Of a stretch of DNA of 64,000 bases, positions 30,878 to 40,817 are shown one piece after another. This DNA comes from Desulfatiglandales bacterium (GTDB lineage: Bacteria; Desulfobacterota; DSM-4660; Desulfatiglandales; HGW-15). The stretch is from assembly GCA_963667015.2 (NCBI GenBank), contig CAXXJJ010000004.1:1216001-1280000 (forward strand). The letters run 5' to 3'. The notes under the pieces were generated by a model. That model made no database searches. It was not told where the DNA came from and was given only the letters and a program-made list of their open reading frames with translations. Numbering within the stretch: position 1 is the first letter of the stretch; each line of letters begins with the position of its first letter. A program made the position numbers and the translations under genes.

Positions 30878-31720
30878 CTATCTCATTGTATAGTAACCCC
30901 TGTACTGGGTCATATTATCTATTTCAGCAATATCGGTTACAAAAATGCCTGATATCTCAAATCGGGGTTTTAAATATGGGAATTTCTCATACCTTGCCCA
31001 GCCAGGTTTTTTTATTGATACTGATTTTTCTACTGCGGCCCTGTACCAGTCGCCCGGTCCGTCAAACCACATTTCCATGAGCCGATGGTATGGACAATTG
31101 TTGATATCACTCTTAATCTTACTCGAGAGAATCCTCGTCACCTCCGGCATTTCTGCAAAAATTGGAATTACATCCTTATATAACCAGTCATCCCCTTCTC
31201 CATCAGAAACGCCTTCAGGATACCTGACTACAAACTGCCAACGATAATTGGGCCCATCTTCAATCGTTCTTTCTTTCCCTTTAAAATCTTCTTCCCACCA
31301 GACAGGAACAAATGCAAAAATGAAAGGCGGCTTGTCATTGTCACCGCCCGAAGATCTATGGCTATCCCCGTCCATGTTCTCGCCCAACTGTGCATCTGTG
31401 TCAGGTATCATGCCCTGCCATTTCAATGTATCCATCGGCATATATTCAGTGATGGTCTTGACCTTCAGGTCATCATGAAACGGATTTATCAGCCAGTAGT
31501 GCTCTGTCAACTGCATTCTGACGGTTCCAAACCTTTCACCTTCCGGAGGAGTGGGCAGTGCAGGGTAAAATGCATATTTGGTTACGTATGGCCCAAATTG
31601 AGAAATACTGTCTGCGATGTGATATCTATGTAACCAGTGTTTAAGCTTGTGTCGATAATCCTCCTTAACCACATCAACATATATAAGACTTCTCAGAGGT
31701 TGAAAATCTACTGCCACCAA
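30878..31720 (-). CDS. chi: Bacterial (Eubacterium ramulus-type) chalcone isomerase
   Basis: RSLIYVD, HIADSISQF.PYVTKYAFYP (catalytic His), RMQLTEH.W, PFIFAF.P.WWE.D.KGK.RTIEDG.NYR, C-terminal YRGY.TMR; TTG start with GGAGG RBS. Confidence 0.9.
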   Translation of the reverse strand: MVAVDFQPLRSLIYVDVVKEDYRHKLKHWLHRYHIADSISQFGPYVTKYAFYPALPTPPEGERFGTVRMQLTEHYWLINPFHDDLKVKTITEYMPMDTLKWQGMIPDTDAQLGENMDGDSHRSSGGDNDKPPFIFAFVPVWWEEDFKGKERTIEDGPNYRWQFVVRYPEGVSDGEGDDWLYKDVIPIFAEMPEVTRILSSKIKSDINNCPYHRLMEMWFDGPGDWYRAAVEKSVSIKKPGWARYEKFPYLKPRFEISGIFVTDIAEIDNMTQYRGYYTMR

Positions 31721-31789
31721 TATCCTCCATTCGTTTATTCTCTATTCAATGAGTTTGTTAACATCCATAAAGACATTAATTCTGGTTGG

Positions 31790-31870
31790 AGCTATCAGCA
31801 CTCAGCTATCAGCTCTCAGCCAATCCTTTGTTTATAATAGCCTTCAGCTGAACGCTGATAGCTGAGCGCT
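31790..31870. repeat. Heptamer-repeat palindromic element, copy 1
   Basis: AGCTATC-AGCACTC-AGCTATC-AGCTCTC-AGC, an AT-rich core, then inverted GCTGAAC-GCTGATA-GCTGAGC-GCT. Confidence 0.75.
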
Positions 31871-32489
31871 AATCAATATATTTATACTGAACCTTATCTC
31901 CCGCCTTTTCTACACTCAGGTCTGCATATGGGTTATAATCAGTATTTGTAACCACTTTGTATAAATTATACAAGGTGGGTAAAAACACTTCCCAGTTTGA
32001 TATTTCCTCTTCACAATGTGCTGCCCAGACCATTTTTGCTTCATGGTCTTCCTTTTTTTTCATACCAATTGCCACCGATTCTCCGGATACCCCGTGATCT
32101 GCCTTTGTCCACTGATGGATACGATATCCCCACACCTCAGGATTTTTAAGAGCCTCTTCACCCATGCCTATACAGGCAACCATGGCTACGTGTTCATATG
32201 TAATATATTTTTTGAATTGTTTCGGAATCGCCGCAACATCAAGCAGCTGAATATAGAGGTTCTGGCGTGTACCATCAGCCCATGTCTGCGGGGCGATGTG
32301 AATGGAATTGATAGGGTTTCCATGAACAGGGGCCTTTGCCCATTCAAGAGGTTCATGCTGAGATGGATGCCACAGGAGCATACATTTCTCCATGTTTGAC
32401 CAGAACCAGTCAATCATTCTGGGGGTAACTCCTTCCAGCGCCCATTCAAGCCTCATTGCATCTTCGGTTTCAATTCTGTTCATTGCCAT
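31869..32489 (-). CDS. Short, divergent PhlG/DAPG-hydrolase-family protein
   Basis: GVTPRMIDWFW, LWHPSQH, HCEEEISNWEVFLPTLY parallel the PhlG-family motifs of 27057-27899; start placed at ATG 32489 (GGAG RBS). Confidence 0.65.
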   Translation of the reverse strand: MAMNRIETEDAMRLEWALEGVTPRMIDWFWSNMEKCMLLWHPSQHEPLEWAKAPVHGNPINSIHIAPQTWADGTRQNLYIQLLDVAAIPKQFKKYITYEHVAMVACIGMGEEALKNPEVWGYRIHQWTKADHGVSGESVAIGMKKKEDHEAKMVWAAHCEEEISNWEVFLPTLYNLYKVVTNTDYNPYADLSVEKAGDKVQYKYID

Positions 32490-32505
32490 ATGTTTTCTCC
32501 ATATT

Positions 32506-33738
32506 TTAATCAAATATTTTTACCGATTTTATCCCAAAGCCTGCAATTGCCCCGATCACGGCAACCGTTCCGACAATAATTATTGAAACACTGTACATTC
32601 CTGTTATATGAAGAGCAGTTGATCCGGCAGCAACCCCTATAGCACCTCCAAAGATCCCCAGTCCCATTGTAAACCCTCCAACACTTCCCGTAATATGCTC
32701 GGGATAGTTATTGGCAATAAATGACATACCGCTTGCCATTGGCATGCCCATAAAAAATCCCGCTAAGAACAGGCATACAACTAAAACAGGCATATTGGCT
32801 TTAACAAGCGGGCACATTACTGAGAGGCAAAAAAAGGCTGTAAGCAGAAAACTGATTGTGACTGCTCTGCCGTATCTGCCTTTGAATATTTTCTCGGCAA
32901 TAATCGGAGTAGAAAGGGACCCTAGTATAAATGCAAATACAAGCATTGCCATCATCTGGCCTGAAACTATGCTGCCCAGACCCAGTCCAACCGGAGATGC
33001 GACCGCTATATAACCGGGGGTAAGATCCTGGTAACCCTGCATTACCCATGAAAGTGAAAATGTAGATAAAAATGTCATCCAGAAGGCGGGCAGGCCAAAT
33101 ACCTTTTTAAAGTCTTTTGACACATCCTCCTTTGAAGCCTGATCTGCTACAGATCCCGGAGATTCCGGACCAAATATAAAAATAACACTTAATATAACGG
33201 CAACTATCATCAATCCGCCTAGTATCGTAAGAGCGGTATTCCAGTTTTTCATTTCTGCGATGACAGGACCGATGTTAAGACCAAGTATAATACCCGCGGA
33301 AAGCGACGCGCCTGTAACTCCCTGCACCATTGACCTCTGACTTCGGGGGAACCATTCTGAGGCCATTTTGGGGCCGGAGGCAGTAATAGGTCCGCAGCCA
33401 AGCCCCTGCAGCCCTCTAAGGATGATCAACCCTGCTACTGAAGATCCTATCACAGGAAGGAGTAATGCGGCGACGGTCTCCATAGAGCAGAACAGCACAT
33501 ATGTTTTTGCAAGTCCCCATCGGTCAATGACCATACCGCTGATAAGTCCTCCTATTGCAACCATCAATGTAAAAGGCAGCATGGCAGCAGCAGTGGCTGC
33601 ACCAAGATTAAAATTCAGGGTTTCAGCTATTGACCCGACTAAGGGAGTCGGTCCGATCAAGGCCATACCCTGCAGTATATGAGCTGCCATCAGTGTAGCA
33701 AGTGGAAACCAGCGGTATTTTGGATATGTAACGGCCAT
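32506..33738 (-). CDS. MFS transporter
   Basis: About 12 hydrophobic segments; GMVIDRWG motif A, RGLQGLG, EWFP. Confidence 0.9.
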   Translation of the reverse strand: MAVTYPKYRWFPLATLMAAHILQGMALIGPTPLVGSIAETLNFNLGAATAAAMLPFTLMVAIGGLISGMVIDRWGLAKTYVLFCSMETVAALLLPVIGSSVAGLIILRGLQGLGCGPITASGPKMASEWFPRSQRSMVQGVTGASLSAGIILGLNIGPVIAEMKNWNTALTILGGLMIVAVILSVIFIFGPESPGSVADQASKEDVSKDFKKVFGLPAFWMTFLSTFSLSWVMQGYQDLTPGYIAVASPVGLGLGSIVSGQMMAMLVFAFILGSLSTPIIAEKIFKGRYGRAVTISFLLTAFFCLSVMCPLVKANMPVLVVCLFLAGFFMGMPMASGMSFIANNYPEHITGSVGGFTMGLGIFGGAIGVAAGSTALHITGMYSVSIIIVGTVAVIGAIAGFGIKSVKIFD

Positions 33739-33743
33739 TAAAG

Positions 33744-34679
33744 TTAATCTCCTTCTTTTATCACTCCCAGCAGATATTCCTGAAGCCTCTTTTTTGATTC
33801 TTCAGCCTTTTCATCCGGCCATTTCTGAAATCCCTGACCTGATTTAAAACCAAGATTGCCTTCCTCAACCAGTTTCCTCAATAGAGGCGATGGTTCAGGT
33901 GAACTCTCAAGGTGTTTGAGGATATAATCATGAATGGCAAGGGTAAGATCGGTTCCGACCATATCAGCATTTTCCATTGGAGCAAGGACCGGAAGTCTTA
34001 AACCGAATCCGTATTTTATACATTCATCAACTGTTGCGGCATCGGCGATTCCCTTCTCTACTATAGAGATAGCTTCCCGCCAGAGTGCATGCTGCAGGCG
34101 GTTGGCTACAAATCCCGGGACATCTTTATTCACCCGGACAGGATGTTTACCTACAGACTGAAGCAACGAGAAGGTCCTGTCCATGGTATCATCTGAAGTA
34201 TCATCTCCGCGCACTACCTCTACCAGGGGAATCAGGTAGGGGGGATTCCAGAAGTGGGTACCCACGATTCTGTCACGGAATCTGGATTTTGAGGCAATCT
34301 CGGTAATGCTTATCACTGAAGTGTTGGTGGCAAGTATTGTATCATGACGGCTTAAGGAATCCAGGTCCCGGAATACCTTTTGCTTCAGATCAAGATTCTC
34401 AGAAACAGCTTCCACCACGAAATCGGCTCTTAAAACTGCTTCGGTCATGCCTGTAGTGGTTTTAATTCTTGAGATGACTGAATCAATTTCGTTGTGTGCA
34501 AGGATCTTGTTGTCAGCCATTACAGCCAGATTTGATCGGATATTTTTCAGAGCACTGGAAAGGAGATCCTGATTCAGATCCATCAATGTAACCGGATATC
34601 CCTTACCGGCAAAAACCTGGGAGATTCCATGGCCCATCAAACCAGAACCAATGACCGTTATATTTTCTATCTTTGGCAT
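33744..34679 (-). CDS. 3-hydroxyacyl-CoA dehydrogenase family; probable 3-hydroxy-5-oxohexanoate dehydrogenase
   Basis: GSGLMGHGI, EAVSENL, NTS, HFWNP, GFVANRLQ; adjacent to the PGR- and BKACE-like genes. Confidence 0.75.
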   Translation of the reverse strand: MPKIENITVIGSGLMGHGISQVFAGKGYPVTLMDLNQDLLSSALKNIRSNLAVMADNKILAHNEIDSVISRIKTTTGMTEAVLRADFVVEAVSENLDLKQKVFRDLDSLSRHDTILATNTSVISITEIASKSRFRDRIVGTHFWNPPYLIPLVEVVRGDDTSDDTMDRTFSLLQSVGKHPVRVNKDVPGFVANRLQHALWREAISIVEKGIADAATVDECIKYGFGLRLPVLAPMENADMVGTDLTLAIHDYILKHLESSPEPSPLLRKLVEEGNLGFKSGQGFQKWPDEKAEESKKRLQEYLLGVIKEGD

Positions 34680-34687
34680 TTTATCTC

Positions 34688-35479
34688 CTACCCGGCCGCG
34701 TACCCGCCGTCTGTATGGATAACTGCTCCTGTTATAAAATCCGAGGCCTTTGAGCAGAGGTAGATTACAATTCCAATAAAATCTTCAGGTTCTCCCAGTC
34801 TGCCGATTGGAATGCGTTTTAAAAAATTCTTATAAACCGCGTTATCGTCAAACATCCATTGAGTCAGCGCTGTCCTGAAAACAGTGGGTGCTATGGCATT
34901 GACGTTAATGCCGTACTGTCCCCATTCACAGCCAAGTGTTTTGGCCAGAAGATGAACCGCACCCTTTGAAGTACTGTAGCCGGAGTAATTAGCCATTCCC
35001 AGATCACCGCGGGCAGATCCCAGCAGAACGACCTTACCGCCATTACCCTGATCGATCATTATTTTACCCGCTTCCTTGCAGAAAAGATATGTGCCTTTTA
35101 CATTGGCATCCATTATCATTTCCCACTCATCGAGCGGCTGTTCAACAATAGGGCCCGGTTTATTTACTCCTGCAGCTGTTATGAGGATGTCTAATCTACC
35201 AAATTTATCCACGGTTTCTTTTACGACTCTCTTTACATCATCATGATCAATGGGAGAACCAGCAGAAAAGGCAATGTCTCCGCCCTCCTTTTTAATTTCT
35301 TCCACGAGCGATTTAAGTTTATCCTCACTGCGCCCGGTAGCCATTACCTTTGCTCCGGCCATGGCCAGTGCTATACTGATTGTACTTCCAAAACCTCCTG
35401 TAGCGCCTGTAACAATAGCGACCTTTCCCGTTATATCAAAAAGGTCCTTCAATAACTCATCACCTTTTTTCATGGACAT
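34688..35479 (-). CDS. SDR oxidoreductase; probable phloroglucinol reductase
   Basis: TGATGGFG, YSTSK (YxxxK), PTVFR..LT.WMFD...VY.NFLKR.PIGRL.EPEDF as recalled for clostridial phloroglucinol reductase. Confidence 0.8.
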   Translation of the reverse strand: MSMKKGDELLKDLFDITGKVAIVTGATGGFGSTISIALAMAGAKVMATGRSEDKLKSLVEEIKKEGGDIAFSAGSPIDHDDVKRVVKETVDKFGRLDILITAAGVNKPGPIVEQPLDEWEMIMDANVKGTYLFCKEAGKIMIDQGNGGKVVLLGSARGDLGMANYSGYSTSKGAVHLLAKTLGCEWGQYGINVNAIAPTVFRTALTQWMFDDNAVYKNFLKRIPIGRLGEPEDFIGIVIYLCSKASDFITGAVIHTDGGYAAG

Positions 35480-35598
35480 CCTTTTTCTCCTTTTTTCATA
35501 TATGTTTGTAGATTCAGGAATAAAATAATAGTTCGAAAACGAAACAATGATTATTGAGTTTTTGTTTTTCCTTGTGCCTTGAGCCCCTTGAACCTCTC

Positions 35599-36522
35599 TT
35601 AGTAATTAACTTTATCAATCCCCTTTAACTGCAAAATCTCCCTGGCTTCATCCGGTGTTGCAGGTTCAAATCCGAATTCTCTTATGATGCGAACCGCCTT
35701 TTCAACCTGTTCAGCACTGCTTTTTGCCAGCACACCCTTTTCCAGATACAGATTATCCTCTAGACCAACCCTCCAGAAACCTCCTTCAAGAACATTGATT
35801 ATGCCCATGGGGAACTGGAATCTTCCGGCAGCGCAGACCGACCATATAAAGTCATCCTTTAACAGATTTTTCGATTCCCTTATAAGATACAGGAGGTTGT
35901 CGGCAGTAGCAGGAATGCCGCCCAGAATGCCCATCACATACTGAAGGTATACAGGTTTCTTAAGGTATCCTTCTCTGACTAACTGGGCTACATTATTTAT
36001 CTGACCCACATCATAGATCTCTATTTCAGGTCTTGTACCTGTCTCGTTCATTGTCTTTGAGTAGATATGGAGAGATTCAAAATGGTTGGAGAAAATGAAA
36101 CTCTCAGTACCCTTGAGATAATCCTCCTCCCAATCGTATTTGAATTCCTTATACTTCTGCAGCACAGGATACAGTGCAAAATTTAGAGAGCCGGCGTTAA
36201 AGGTAGCCATCTCAGGCCTTAATTCACTTACAACAGCGAGTCGCTCCTTTGGAGTCATTGTATAGCTTCCGCCGGTTGTTGGCGTAACAACAACATTTGA
36301 TCTATCCTTGATGCCGGTCAATATATTTTTGAATATCTCAACACTGGAAGAAGGTACACCATCTGCCGGGTTTCTTGCGTGGATATGTACAACAGCCGCA
36401 CCTGCATTACAGGATCTTACACCCTCTTCAATAAGGTCTTCTGGCCTGAAGGGAAGGTATTCTGACATTGAAGGTGTATGAATTGCCCCTGTGAGGGCTG
36501 CTGTTATTATTACTTTTCCCAT
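35599..36522 (-). CDS. Beta-keto acid cleavage enzyme (BKACE/Kce family); probable triacetate acetoacetate-lyase
   Basis: IITAALTG, HIHAR, TTGG, PEMATFNAGS, RVGLEDN, ATPDEAR. Confidence 0.85.
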   Translation of the reverse strand: MGKVIITAALTGAIHTPSMSEYLPFRPEDLIEEGVRSCNAGAAVVHIHARNPADGVPSSSVEIFKNILTGIKDRSNVVVTPTTGGSYTMTPKERLAVVSELRPEMATFNAGSLNFALYPVLQKYKEFKYDWEEDYLKGTESFIFSNHFESLHIYSKTMNETGTRPEIEIYDVGQINNVAQLVREGYLKKPVYLQYVMGILGGIPATADNLLYLIRESKNLLKDDFIWSVCAAGRFQFPMGIINVLEGGFWRVGLEDNLYLEKGVLAKSSAEQVEKAVRIIREFGFEPATPDEAREILQLKGIDKVNY

Positions 36523-36608
36523 AATATTATCTCCATCTTTTCCTGATAATTGATCATAACCAGCATGTTCGCAGGTTTGCGGATATTGCTGATTTGTTCT
36601 GTTCTTTC

Positions 36609-37637
36609 CTACTGCTGCTTTGCATAGAATCCCATGCCGTATTTAAAATGTTCTTCCAGAAAAGGCCCCACAAAATCAAACCCTATGGTAATTGGAAATG
36701 CGATATAACTCCCCCCCGGTGCCAGGGTATCAATCGCTCTATGGTATTCTGACTTGATTTCATCCGGGGTTACACCCGGTTTTTCAAGAACCTTCTGATT
36801 GTCAAAACCTCCGCAAAATGTGATTTTATTTCCGAATTTTTTCTTCAGTTCTCCAAGGTTTTTATTACTTCCAGCCTGCAGGGTATCAATTGCATCAATA
36901 CCAATCTCAACAAAATCTTCAAAAATCGGTTCAATGTGGCCACAGCTGTGATGCTGATACATCACTCCGGCTTCATGGCACGCATCAACCATTCTCTTTA
37001 AATGAGGTTTAATAAGTTTTCTCCAGGTGTCCGGTGCCATGAGCATACGGTCGGAAGCGCCATAATCGTCATGGGCGTTAATCACATACACTTTATAGTA
37101 TTTTGCTATTTTCCTGAAATACTCTATTTTCCAGTCAGCAGCTGCTTTAAAGTAGGCGTAACATTCATCCGGGTCAGAAACCAAGGCCATCAGTGCATTT
37201 TCAAAACCCATCATGGAGTGTAAACGTTCAAACGGTCCATTGATGACCATACATAAAACCAGTTTATCTTCATTGTAGGCGCTTTTCCCGTCGGCCATTG
37301 GAACAATCCCTGCGCCGGCAACCAGTGCCATAAAATCGGTATGAACATCAATATCCGCCTGTCTTTCCCAGTCAACAGCTTCCAGGTCCGGAAATTTTAC
37401 ATGGTTTCTCCAGTCCGCAATATCATCAAACATAATCTTTCCGGCCGTTGGCATTGGTGCTTTCGCCTCCGGTACATAGGTCCATTCAACACCAAACTCA
37501 TCAAGGCCAGCATCGCGGCCGCAGTATCGTTCCATTTGCGGCCGTGCCTGAATTATTGAAATATCAGTAAACAACGTAGGTATGAATGCCGGCACTCCAT
37601 GATGATATGCAATAAGTGCATTTTCTCTTTTGGCCAT
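36609..37637 (-). CDS. Uroporphyrinogen decarboxylase / MtaA-CmuA methyltransferase-family protein
   Basis: DEFGVEW, GPFERLHSMMGFENAL, HDDYG, HHSCG, GGFD.Q, LAPGGSY; start placed at ATG 37637. Confidence 0.8.
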   Translation of the reverse strand: MAKRENALIAYHHGVPAFIPTLFTDISIIQARPQMERYCGRDAGLDEFGVEWTYVPEAKAPMPTAGKIMFDDIADWRNHVKFPDLEAVDWERQADIDVHTDFMALVAGAGIVPMADGKSAYNEDKLVLCMVINGPFERLHSMMGFENALMALVSDPDECYAYFKAAADWKIEYFRKIAKYYKVYVINAHDDYGASDRMLMAPDTWRKLIKPHLKRMVDACHEAGVMYQHHSCGHIEPIFEDFVEIGIDAIDTLQAGSNKNLGELKKKFGNKITFCGGFDNQKVLEKPGVTPDEIKSEYHRAIDTLAPGGSYIAFPITIGFDFVGPFLEEHFKYGMGFYAKQQ

Positions 37638-37663
37638 GATAAATCCTTTTCCAGATGGATTTT

Positions 37664-37785
37664 TCAGCATTCAGCTACTCGTCCCGCCATAGCTTAATGC
37701 GAAGGCGGATCAGCAATCGGCAATCAGCCAAATATTTATTTTTAATGGCCTTTCGCTGAAAGCCGAGCGCTGATGACTTACCGCT
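37664..37785. repeat. Heptamer-repeat palindromic element, copy 2, with a nested GC-rich hairpin insertion
   Basis: TCAGCAT-TCAGCTA-[CTCGTCCCGCCATAGCTTAATGCGAAGGCGGA]-TCAGCAA-TCGGCAA-TCAGCC, same TAAT.GCCTT core, then GCTGAAA-GCCGAGC-GCTGATG. Confidence 0.7.
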
Positions 37786-37813
37786 TATATACAAAAACTA
37801 CAATTCGAGTGTT

Positions 37814-39058
37814 CTATCTCGCTAACCTGCGCATCGCAGCAGGAGATATGTCCGTATCTTTTACTCCGTTCCCATTGAGCGTCCAGGTAGAGAACATTTG
37901 TACGCAGTAACCCAGCTGGAGATCTATACCCAGGGTAGTCCCATAGGGTGATGTCCCGTCTCCGGAATTATTCTTCAGCTTGGAATTGGGAATCTGCCAC
38001 ACCTTCCACAGGGACCCGGCTCTGTCCCATGCAGCGGCATAAACAGCCGTCATAGTTTCCTTATCGATCCAGATCACCTTCTTTCCCTGCGGATATTTTT
38101 CATCTTTAGGTATTATCTCAATGATATAGACATCTCTGACTTCCCATCCATCGGTTTCAACAGGTATCAGGTCGCCTACATCCTTATTCTCCATGTTGTC
38201 AAAGTTCCACTTGCTGTCTACCATGGCTACTGCCTTTTGATCCCCAATGAGCTTATATGTAAATTCAGGAATTCTTCCGGAAAAACCGAAGAAGTCATCC
38301 GGCGCCTGGGTGGAAGAATTGATAGGCGTTGATCTCTGCCCTGCCTCGCCCCTCAGAACACGTCTCATTGAAGGCAGGTACAAATAGGTCGTATCCTGTT
38401 CCTTCTGGTCTATGTAGCGGGTCAACAGAGTCAGAAAATTCCTCTGTACAGGTGGATAAATATTTCTCATAAGGTTGGAGCTTCGGTATTTCTGTGGAGT
38501 ATCATACAGGGGTTTCGGATCATCGTACAAACGGCCCTGAAAACTGATCAGCCAGTTCTCTACCTTGGAAATACTTATTGAAGAGCCTTTTCTTTTTTCA
38601 TAATTTATGAATTTGCCCTTCATATCATCCATGGTATATTTGTAGTCATAATTCCACATCAGTTTAATCGGAAACTGCGGATCACTTTTGTCAAGATCCG
38701 GAAAAGGGTATCCGACAATATCCTTGTAGTCCCCTCCGGTGATATAACCTTCGGCGTCAAGACTGTATTTTCCTCTATTCTTTTCCGATGCCGCCATAAA
38801 TTCTTTAGGCATTGGATTGGACTCGGTTGCTTTAATGGTAATGGAAAGGGGAGTGAAAAAGCCGTCATATCCCGTGTAAAAGGCATCCAGCCAGAACCCG
38901 GGAAACAGATTTTTATAGCTTTCGATATTGTTTTTATCTATGGCCTGCCCGGGCTGGGGAAGTGAATCCTGGGCAGATGCCGGCCCGGCGAAACATACGC
39001 ATATCAGCAGGCATAATGCCGCCGTGATGGTTTTCATTCTATTTTTATCATTTTTCAT
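37814..39058 (-). CDS. DUF1329-family periplasmic protein (lipoprotein-sorting-like)
   Basis: Signal peptide; GYPFP, LMWN, YLYLPSMRRV.R, DDFFGF, WEVRDVY, WDRAGSLWK. Confidence 0.8.
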   Translation of the reverse strand: MKNDKNRMKTITAALCLLICVCFAGPASAQDSLPQPGQAIDKNNIESYKNLFPGFWLDAFYTGYDGFFTPLSITIKATESNPMPKEFMAASEKNRGKYSLDAEGYITGGDYKDIVGYPFPDLDKSDPQFPIKLMWNYDYKYTMDDMKGKFINYEKRKGSSISISKVENWLISFQGRLYDDPKPLYDTPQKYRSSNLMRNIYPPVQRNFLTLLTRYIDQKEQDTTYLYLPSMRRVLRGEAGQRSTPINSSTQAPDDFFGFSGRIPEFTYKLIGDQKAVAMVDSKWNFDNMENKDVGDLIPVETDGWEVRDVYIIEIIPKDEKYPQGKKVIWIDKETMTAVYAAAWDRAGSLWKVWQIPNSKLKNNSGDGTSPYGTTLGIDLQLGYCVQMFSTWTLNGNGVKDTDISPAAMRRLAR

Positions 39059-39089
39059 TGGTTTCCTCCGATCTTCTGAAAATCTCAAT

Positions 39090-40710
39090 TTAGAAGTTAA
39101 ACTGGGTGGTTAGTACCACCATGTCCTTCTGACGGAACATGCCCAGATCCTCGTAGTCATTATCACCGAAAATGCCGATATAACGAAGTTCCGCAGAAAA
39201 CGCCCGATTATTCCATGCCGGCATCCACTTGATCACAGGCATGATGAGCCCGTCTTTTCCGCTGAATCCATAACTCACGATCAGGTCTGTCTGGATCAGA
39301 TTATAAAACCAGTTGGTAGTAATACGGGCTCCTAGGCTGGGTTTATACTTTTCCAGTTCGGTAGCGTATACGGCGTTCTGAATGTTTTCATTGTCGGGTA
39401 CATATTCACCGATATGCTCTATTGTGATATCGATAGGCGCGCTTTTATGCCAGTCAAAATACAGTGCACCTGTCAAATCCCATGCAAGCATGTATTTAAT
39501 ATAATCCCGCTCAACAACAGAGTCGAAGTCTGTCGTGTCAAAGGTGTTATAGCTCATATTAGGCGCATAGATCGCTTCCGCCCGGATCAATCCCAGCTTG
39601 ACATCTTTATTGAAATAGGCGCCAAAATAATCGACGTCCGGATGGATCAGGTAGTAGTTCCGGATTGTCTGAGGTGCAGTTGGATCCGGAATTCCGCTGG
39701 GGAATGTTTCAGTGCTGCGCATGACCACCGGGTTATAGATCTGAGTATGGAAGTAGGAAATTCCGAATTCGTATCCACCTAAAAAGGTACTGGTCCTGAA
39801 ACCGAACCGGGCGTCATCCATGCCGCTATCAGGATATCGATGAATGACATTCGGAATTTCATCAGGCACCCATCCGGTGCCGGGTATACCCGGAAGAAAG
39901 CTTAGATCCGACCAGCCCCGTGAAAAGGGGTTAGCTGCAACAGCACCCTCCGGGAATGCATGCAGGCCGTCATTTCCAACCGCGTATGGAGGCAGGAACC
40001 GATCCTCCGGATGGAGTGAAAAGCGCTGACCTACCAGTTCAAAAGCAACGGGTTGAGCGGACTCTCCCGAGCGGTTCACACGGTATTCGTCATCCACAAG
40101 GTTCGGTGAAAACAGCCATTCAAAACTCGTAGCAATTCCGTCAAATTCATGCAGCCCCTTTACCATCCACAGCGGGATGCGGGTATCTTCCCAGTTTGCG
40201 AAGGCGAAGGTAAAACGGGTGTTTTCAGGGTTGACCACGTCCCCCTACCTTTACCGTCAGAGATTCACCCCAGATAACGATCTGCCTGCCGATTCTGAAG
40301 CTGTGACTGCTCGAAGGTCTCCAGTCGATATATGCTTCACGCAAAACATCATCAAACTTATCATACTCACTGTACTCTTTTCCATCCAGTTCACTGATGG
40401 ACCCTTCTTCAATGTCATACTCGGGCTCATATACAAACTGTACAGATGCAAAAAAACTGGTGGTGTCCGATAATCTCCAGTCTATATTTGTGCGCAGCCA
40501 GGTTCTGTTTGTAGCCAGTTTGTCATCGTTAATTGTATAATCCTGATCTTCCAGAAAATAACCGTAGTTGTTTCTAAAAAATCCATAGATGTTCAGTTTG
40601 GTCTTTCCTAATGAAGCTTCCGGTAATGCCAGACTCTGAGATGCTGACAGGTAAACCATCAGTCCGGCAGCCAGAAGAATCAAAATGTGTCGAACGCTTT
40701 TTTTATGCAT
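39090..40710 (-). pseudogene. DUF1302-family outer-membrane beta-barrel, split by a 1-nt frameshift (real or assembly error)
   Basis: Signal peptide, LREAYIDW, RIGRQIVIWGE; deleting one base of the C5 run at 40241-40245 gives ...KVGDVVNPENTR... and one 539-aa ORF ending QFNF. Confidence 0.8.
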
Positions 40711-40817
40711 TTTTATGTCCCCCTTTTATTATGTGTCCTATACTTCTCATATCTCTTTTGTTCGGTTAATCTGAATGATTACCCGGAATACCTCCTTTCA
40801 TGACAGTTAGAATATTT

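Noticed and set aside
36609..37637. hemE (true uroporphyrinogen decarboxylase)
   Set aside because: Lacks the N-terminal RQAGR motif of HemE; the same applies to 49279-50280
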